Shown here piece by piece: positions 15,973 through 20,000 of a stretch of 20,000 bases of DNA. Each line of letters begins with the position of its first letter. Within the stretch, counting starts at the first letter, position 1. The position numbers were made by a program, and so were the translations under genes. The stretch is from IMG/VR virus record IMGVR_UViG_3300025138_000019; one strand, given 5' to 3'. The notes beneath the pieces were generated by a model that worked only from the letters and a program-made list of their open reading frames with translations, made no database searches and was not told the origin of the DNA. Source of the stretch: an uncultured virus (IMG/VR IMGVR_UViG_3300025138_000019). Lineage: Duplodnaviria > Heunggongvirae > Uroviricota > Caudoviricetes.

Positions 15973-16865
15973 TTACCAGTCTCGTCCGCGAGCTTTTGGA
16001 AGTAATCCACAGCATCCATGTCTTCAGAAGTAGAAGACTCGCTCTCGGTTTCCTTCGAACCACTTGAAGAATCAACTGGAGCGGTCATCGTATCCACCGT
16101 GGAATTGTTTACCTCGGTTGATCTGATATCTGCACCAATCACTTGACTCAGCTTAGCCTTAAGTTCATCATAAGACTTGAAGTTCGACGCTTCGGTGAAA
16201 GCAGTAAGACAATACTGCTTCTTCCACAGAGTCTCCAACCCATCGTCGTCACCGTTCATAAGTGGAGACGCAGAGTCAAACTCTGACTTATCATAGTTGA
16301 TAAATCCTGCAACCTTTCGAACCTTCAGTTTAAAGTTCGCACCACCCCAAAAATCAAATGGGTTGATAGGATCTTCATCTTCAAATTCTGGTTGCATCGC
16401 TTCTTGGATCTTGTCGAAGATCTTCTTTCCATACTTGTAGAGGAAAATTTTACCTTCGTTTTGTGGGTTTGCTGGATCGCTAACAATAAGAATGTTAGAG
16501 ATATAATTCAGCTTTCTCTTTCGGGTCCTTGCAAGATCCTTATCAGACTCGATCCCACTGTTCCAGAGTTCAGAATTCATTTCTGACACTGGATCCTTCT
16601 CTCCAAGAGTGGTACGACTGTTCTCAATGAACCAACCACCCTTACCCTGAAATGCGTGCGAATAGAGCTTTGCCCAAGGAACGTCTTCTCCATCAGCAGC
16701 GGGGAGGAAACGAATTACGGCAAAACCATTACTCGACTTGTCTAATTCTGGTCGCCAGAATCGATCATCCTTGTAAGACTCAGACTTGTTGGTTGCTTCC
16801 AACTTCTTCGTCAAATCCTGTACACTCGATCTCGACTTACTCTTCATATCAGCAAAACTAGCCAT
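15969..16865 (-). CDS. gp32: Single-stranded DNA-binding protein gp32
   Basis: DDRFWRPELDKSSNGFAVIRFLP, HAFQGKGGWFIEN, YKYGKKIFDKI, GANFKLK, NYDKSEF and an acidic tail. Confidence 0.97.
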   Translation of the reverse strand: MASFADMKSKSRSSVQDLTKKLEATNKSESYKDDRFWRPELDKSSNGFAVIRFLPAADGEDVPWAKLYSHAFQGKGGWFIENSRTTLGEKDPVSEMNSELWNSGIESDKDLARTRKRKLNYISNILIVSDPANPQNEGKIFLYKYGKKIFDKIQEAMQPEFEDEDPINPFDFWGGANFKLKVRKVAGFINYDKSEFDSASPLMNGDDDGLETLWKKQYCLTAFTEASNFKSYDELKAKLSQVIGADIRSTEVNNSTVDTMTAPVDSSSGSKETESESSTSEDMDAVDYFQKLADETGN

Positions 16866-16878
16866 ATTAGATCCTTTC

Positions 16879-16920
16879 CGAGGTTCTACCTCGTTCTTTT
16901 ATCACTGGGAACTCCCCAGT
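16879..16920 (-). promoter_or_regulatory. Two tandem hairpins in the gp32 5' leader
   Basis: Minus strand ACTGGG-GAGTT-CCCAGT and CGAGGT-AGA-ACCTCG, immediately upstream of the SD (GAAAGGA). Confidence 0.6.
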
Positions 16921-16931
16921 TCGATGTGTGT

Positions 16932-16959
16932 ATTATAACATAAATATATAGTGTGTCAA
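16932..16959 (-). promoter_or_regulatory. Sigma70-type early promoter for gp32
   Basis: TTGACA-N16-TATAAT with extended -10 TG. The -35 overlaps the gp33 stop codon. Confidence 0.85.
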
Positions 16960-17183
16960 ATAGGAAGTTTAGATTTTATTCTCGGTATGAGATTAATATC
17001 TTCACCTTCTATTCGTAGCTTTTCTACGATAGGCTTATTTAAGTATTTTGCAATTAAGGCAGGTTCGATATCAGACTCTTCACATTGAATAATAATGGCA
17101 TCGAGGTAAGATCCGCCTTTTTCTCTCACATAATTCTCGATCAATTTAGAAAAATCTTTTTTAGTCACTTCTTCAAATTTCAT
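16956..17183 (-). CDS. gp33: Late-promoter transcription coactivator gp33
   Basis: FSKLIENYV...SYLDAII..CEE..IEP..IAKYLNKPIVEKLRIEGEDINLI...KLPI. Located upstream of gp32. Confidence 0.9.
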   Translation of the reverse strand: MKFEEVTKKDFSKLIENYVREKGGSYLDAIIIQCEESDIEPALIAKYLNKPIVEKLRIEGEDINLIPRIKSKLPI

Positions 17184-17203
17184 AATAACTTCCTTTGTTT
17201 GGT

Positions 17204-17232
17204 ATCATAGCACATAGAAAATAGCATGTCAA
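17204..17232 (-). promoter_or_regulatory. Sigma70-type early promoter for gp33
   Basis: TTGACA-N17-TATGAT with extended -10 TG. Confidence 0.85.
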
Positions 17233-17254
17233 GCTACATATATATATCTTGACA
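17227..17254 (+). promoter_or_regulatory. Inverted repeat enclosing a late-promoter-like CTACATATATATA
   Basis: TGTCAAG-ctacatatatatat-CTTGACA, just upstream of the SD AGGAG of the 17268 gene. Confidence 0.5.
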
Positions 17255-17267
17255 GCAGGAGATAAAA

Positions 17268-18515
17268 ATGGCCTCTTCCTCTATAACAATTACAGTATTC
17301 GGCGGAACCGCAGGATTAGCAACAGACTTCAATACATCTGGAGCCGGATTTTCCGGAATCCATATCCCCATCAATAAACTTTCATGGGGTGATGAGAACA
17401 TCTCCTATCGTGTAAGTGACACATATCCCCTGCCAGTTAAGTTCTACGGATCATCTGGCGATTCCATTTCCGTAACAGGAAAGGTAGAGGCATCAGGATC
17501 GTTCCCAATTATAAACCAAGGGGTTGGCACAACCAACGACCCAATCTATGCTCTTGTTGTTGCAGGAAACACATCAGGTGGAGGCCATGTTGGAGTTTCT
17601 GGACCAATAGAGGGTAGATCTGGTGGTTTCCCCGTTGGTGTTACTGGTGATATAACAATTGCAAATACTTCAGTCGCTATTGGTTACTCTGCTGGTGCTA
17701 CACCAGTTGAGATCACCGGAGGACGCTATCTAAGCTCTCTAACGGACAAGGTGACTGTATCGGGTACAGTGGGTATTTCTGGAGGGAGAGCGTTAAACAC
17801 CTCTCAGGACTCTGTGAAGGTATTCGGTGCTGGTGGTGGTAACACCGTAGGTATTGAGATACATGGAGCAGGTTTCTCTGGAGACGCTCTCAAGGTTGCT
17901 ATGGTTAACGCAGGTATCACTTTCACCGTGGGACTAAACACCCAGTTAGGTGTAACCAATGATGCGGCAGAAGGATTGTTTGTTCGTGGTATAACCGGAG
18001 CATACCCAATCACCGTCAAGGGTGAAAATGATGGTGCAATTTCCATTACAACAACCGATACTCTTCCAGTCTCAACTAGTGGGGCATGGAGTATAAATGA
18101 TGATAGAATCATCCAAGCCTTGCAAGGCGCAACTGCACCGGGTGTATCTAAGTTGGATTCGATCCAAACAAATACATCGGCTATAACAACAATATCCAGT
18201 AATATAACAAATGGCAGACTTTCCGCAAAAATCAGTGAAGTAACAAGACCAGGATCAATCATCTCTGGATCTAAGATAATCTCCACATCAGGATCTCAGT
18301 TTGCTAAGAAAGCACTCAAGTCTGGTGTAACGATAAAAGCAGCTCCAGATAATACTAATATTGTTTATGTTGGTGATAAGTCTGTATCAAATGCAGTGAA
18401 TAACGGTTATCCACTCGAAGCAGGAGAAAGTTTGTTCTTGGAATGCAATAACTTAAGCTTGTTATTTGCAAGAACAGTGAGTGGTACAGGAACAATTCAT
18501 TACATAGGTTCATAA
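17268..18515 (+). CDS. Hypothetical Gly/Ser/Thr/Val-rich protein, likely a virion fibre or appendage
   Basis: Strong SD (AGGAG). Repetitive V-x-V-[ST]-G beta-type shaft, a short helical segment, then a compact C-terminal domain (SGVTIKA..DNTNIVYVG...GYPLEAGESLFL). Confidence 0.7.
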   Translation: MASSSITITVFGGTAGLATDFNTSGAGFSGIHIPINKLSWGDENISYRVSDTYPLPVKFYGSSGDSISVTGKVEASGSFPIINQGVGTTNDPIYALVVAGNTSGGGHVGVSGPIEGRSGGFPVGVTGDITIANTSVAIGYSAGATPVEITGGRYLSSLTDKVTVSGTVGISGGRALNTSQDSVKVFGAGGGNTVGIEIHGAGFSGDALKVAMVNAGITFTVGLNTQLGVTNDAAEGLFVRGITGAYPITVKGENDGAISITTTDTLPVSTSGAWSINDDRIIQALQGATAPGVSKLDSIQTNTSAITTISSNITNGRLSAKISEVTRPGSIISGSKIISTSGSQFAKKALKSGVTIKAAPDNTNIVYVGDKSVSNAVNNGYPLEAGESLFLECNNLSLLFARTVSGTGTIHYIGS

Positions 18516-18518
18516 TAA

Positions 18519-19973
18519 ATGAGTAGACGTAACACAAAAAGAAAACAAAAAAGTTCTCTTTTATCATCAAATTCCGATCGATTAATAAACGTCGGAGATG
18601 GTGTATTCACAGGACTTTCTTTTTATGATACACTGGAAGATAATGTTGATGTTGATCAAAGACAAAACTGTTCCCCAAACATCAATCTGTATGATGATAA
18701 TAAAAAGGCATTAATAAATTACGAAAATTGTCTCAATCGCAGAGACTTAAATAAAATTGACGTTCTTTTTAATACTTTGGTTTCAGGAGAAATATTTACT
18801 TTATCTGAAGGAGAACACACATGCCATTTAGATGGAGCAGAATCCAATTTAAGTGGCACATATGTGTTTAAAAACTACTTCAATAAAATAATTTCTGCTG
18901 AAGTTTCATCTGTTACAAAATCACAAAGTTATGATAAAAACTACATGTCTTCTGGGTTTTTGGAACCCCTACAAATAACCGCAGACAAAATTCTAAAAGA
19001 GATTAGAAAAAAATACTTTGTTGTGAATCAATTGGGTTCGTTTGATATTGATATAAGACCTGGTGACTATGTGTCATTTGCGAACACAAAGAGAAATAAA
19101 AATAAAAGATACAAAGTAAAAGATGTGCGGATAGTAGATGCGAAAGGTGAAATAGAATTTTATGATAAGATCACTCCCGAGGACACAGTGGGAGAAAAAA
19201 TTCTACTTTCTGTAATTAGAACACAAACCCAAGAGCAAGAAAAAGAACCTATTGAGAACGTTGAGTTCGTAGATGTGCCGGGTGTTAGTTCATTTTTAGG
19301 AGATGAACAACTCCATATAATAAAGATAAATGCTGTTCCAAGACAAGGTGGATCTGGTAATGTTTATTCGATACTAGATCAAAGACAACCTGTTTTAGAA
19401 CTAGAAGCAGGAAAGTCTTATGTGATTGATTTCACCAATGCACCAACCCACAATTTAAGATTTTCTAGAACCGAAGATGGAACACACAATAATGGTTTAG
19501 TGTTTCCATTAGGTCAAAACTATACTAACTTCATAGTAATTGAACCAAGTGATAATCTTGCAACCACACCTTTATTTTACTTTTGCTTAAATCATCCAGG
19601 CATGGGAAATAGAGTTAATATAGTTTCACAAGTTGCAGGCAAGTCAAGAATAACAGAAAACCAAGATTTGGTTAGACTACAAGATGAAATCAGACTTGAG
19701 AGAGACAATGCAGATGCAGATCGTCAAGGGGAAGATCGGAATATCGATAGAGTTACAGAAGATGATAGAAATAGAATTGAAGAACAACGGCAAAGTAGAT
19801 CAACCCCACCATCACCCTCTTCTCGTATGAGGAGACAGCAAACACAAAGTAGCTCGTCTCCTATGAGATCTACATCATCCTCATCTTCGTCTTCGTCGTC
19901 TTCTTCATCATCTTCATCCTCATCTTCGTCATCATCATCTGGTGGCGGTGGTGGTGGAGGATATGGTTACTAA
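18519..19973 (+). CDS. Hypothetical protein with a cupredoxin-like domain and a poly-Ser/poly-Gly GYGY tail
   Basis: 484-aa ORF containing LELEAGKSYVIDFTNAPTHNLRFS...LFYFCLNHPGMG and a low-complexity C-terminus. Confidence 0.7.
   Translation: MSRRNTKRKQKSSLLSSNSDRLINVGDGVFTGLSFYDTLEDNVDVDQRQNCSPNINLYDDNKKALINYENCLNRRDLNKIDVLFNTLVSGEIFTLSEGEHTCHLDGAESNLSGTYVFKNYFNKIISAEVSSVTKSQSYDKNYMSSGFLEPLQITADKILKEIRKKYFVVNQLGSFDIDIRPGDYVSFANTKRNKNKRYKVKDVRIVDAKGEIEFYDKITPEDTVGEKILLSVIRTQTQEQEKEPIENVEFVDVPGVSSFLGDEQLHIIKINAVPRQGGSGNVYSILDQRQPVLELEAGKSYVIDFTNAPTHNLRFSRTEDGTHNNGLVFPLGQNYTNFIVIEPSDNLATTPLFYFCLNHPGMGNRVNIVSQVAGKSRITENQDLVRLQDEIRLERDNADADRQGEDRNIDRVTEDDRNRIEEQRQSRSTPPSPSSRMRRQQTQSSSSPMRSTSSSSSSSSSSSSSSSSSSSSSSGGGGGGGYGY
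19873..19970 (+). repeat. Degenerate TCN trinucleotide run (poly-Ser) followed by GGN (poly-Gly)
   Basis: Mixed TCA/TCC/TCT/TCG codons followed by GGT/GGC/GGA. Confidence 0.9.
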
Positions 19974-19974
19974 A

Positions 19975-20000
19975 TCGGGGTGACAGGATTTGAACCTGCG
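19975..20000 (-). tRNA. 3' end of a tRNA, probably tRNA-Pro (truncated by the window edge; CCA not encoded)
   Basis: Minus strand CGCAGGTTCAAATCCTGTCACCCCGA shows a T-arm (GGTTCAAATCC) and an acceptor 3' strand ending CCGA, typical of tRNA-Pro. The anticodon is outside the window. Confidence 0.8.

Noticed and set aside
17249..17254. Plus-strand TTGACA as the -35 of a promoter for the 17268 gene
   Set aside because: A -10 at 17-bp spacing would fall inside the CDS and none is present; it is better seen as an inverted-repeat arm.
11630..18570. Small antisense ORFs over gp48, gp4, gp26, the tape measure, gp32 and the 415-aa gene
   Set aside because: They overlap real genes on the opposite strand and have the composition typical of shadow frames.
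1..20000. Alternative genetic code (stop-codon reassignment)
   Set aside because: Standard code 11 gives full-length, densely packed genes, so no recoding is needed.

Overview
This window is part of a large T4-like myophage genome, most similar in organisation to environmental marine/freshwater T4-like phages. It holds the baseplate module and the start of a replication/late-transcription block. Minus strand, reading right to left: gp48, gp53, a baseplate hub apparently split into two genes with no gp5 after it, gp25, gp6, gp7-like, gp8, a short DUF4815-like protein, and a repeat-containing fibre-like protein cut by the window edge. Plus strand: gp4, a gp54/gp19-like tube protein, gp26, a gp51-like frame and a probable tape-measure protein. 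These are followed by gp32 and gp33 (minus strand, each with a near-consensus sigma70 promoter), two accessory late-type genes (one with a cupredoxin-like H..C-x2-H-x2-M site), and the 3' end of a tRNA (probably Pro). Main signals: (1) a likely programmed -1 frameshift fusing gp26 to gp51 directly upstream of the tape measure, as in lambda G/GT; (2) the split, Cys-rich hub without adjacent gp5; (3) late-promoter-like motifs embedded in inverted repeats; (4) frequent G-x-[T/S] motifs across the virion proteins. All family calls come from motif recognition and synteny, not from database searches.
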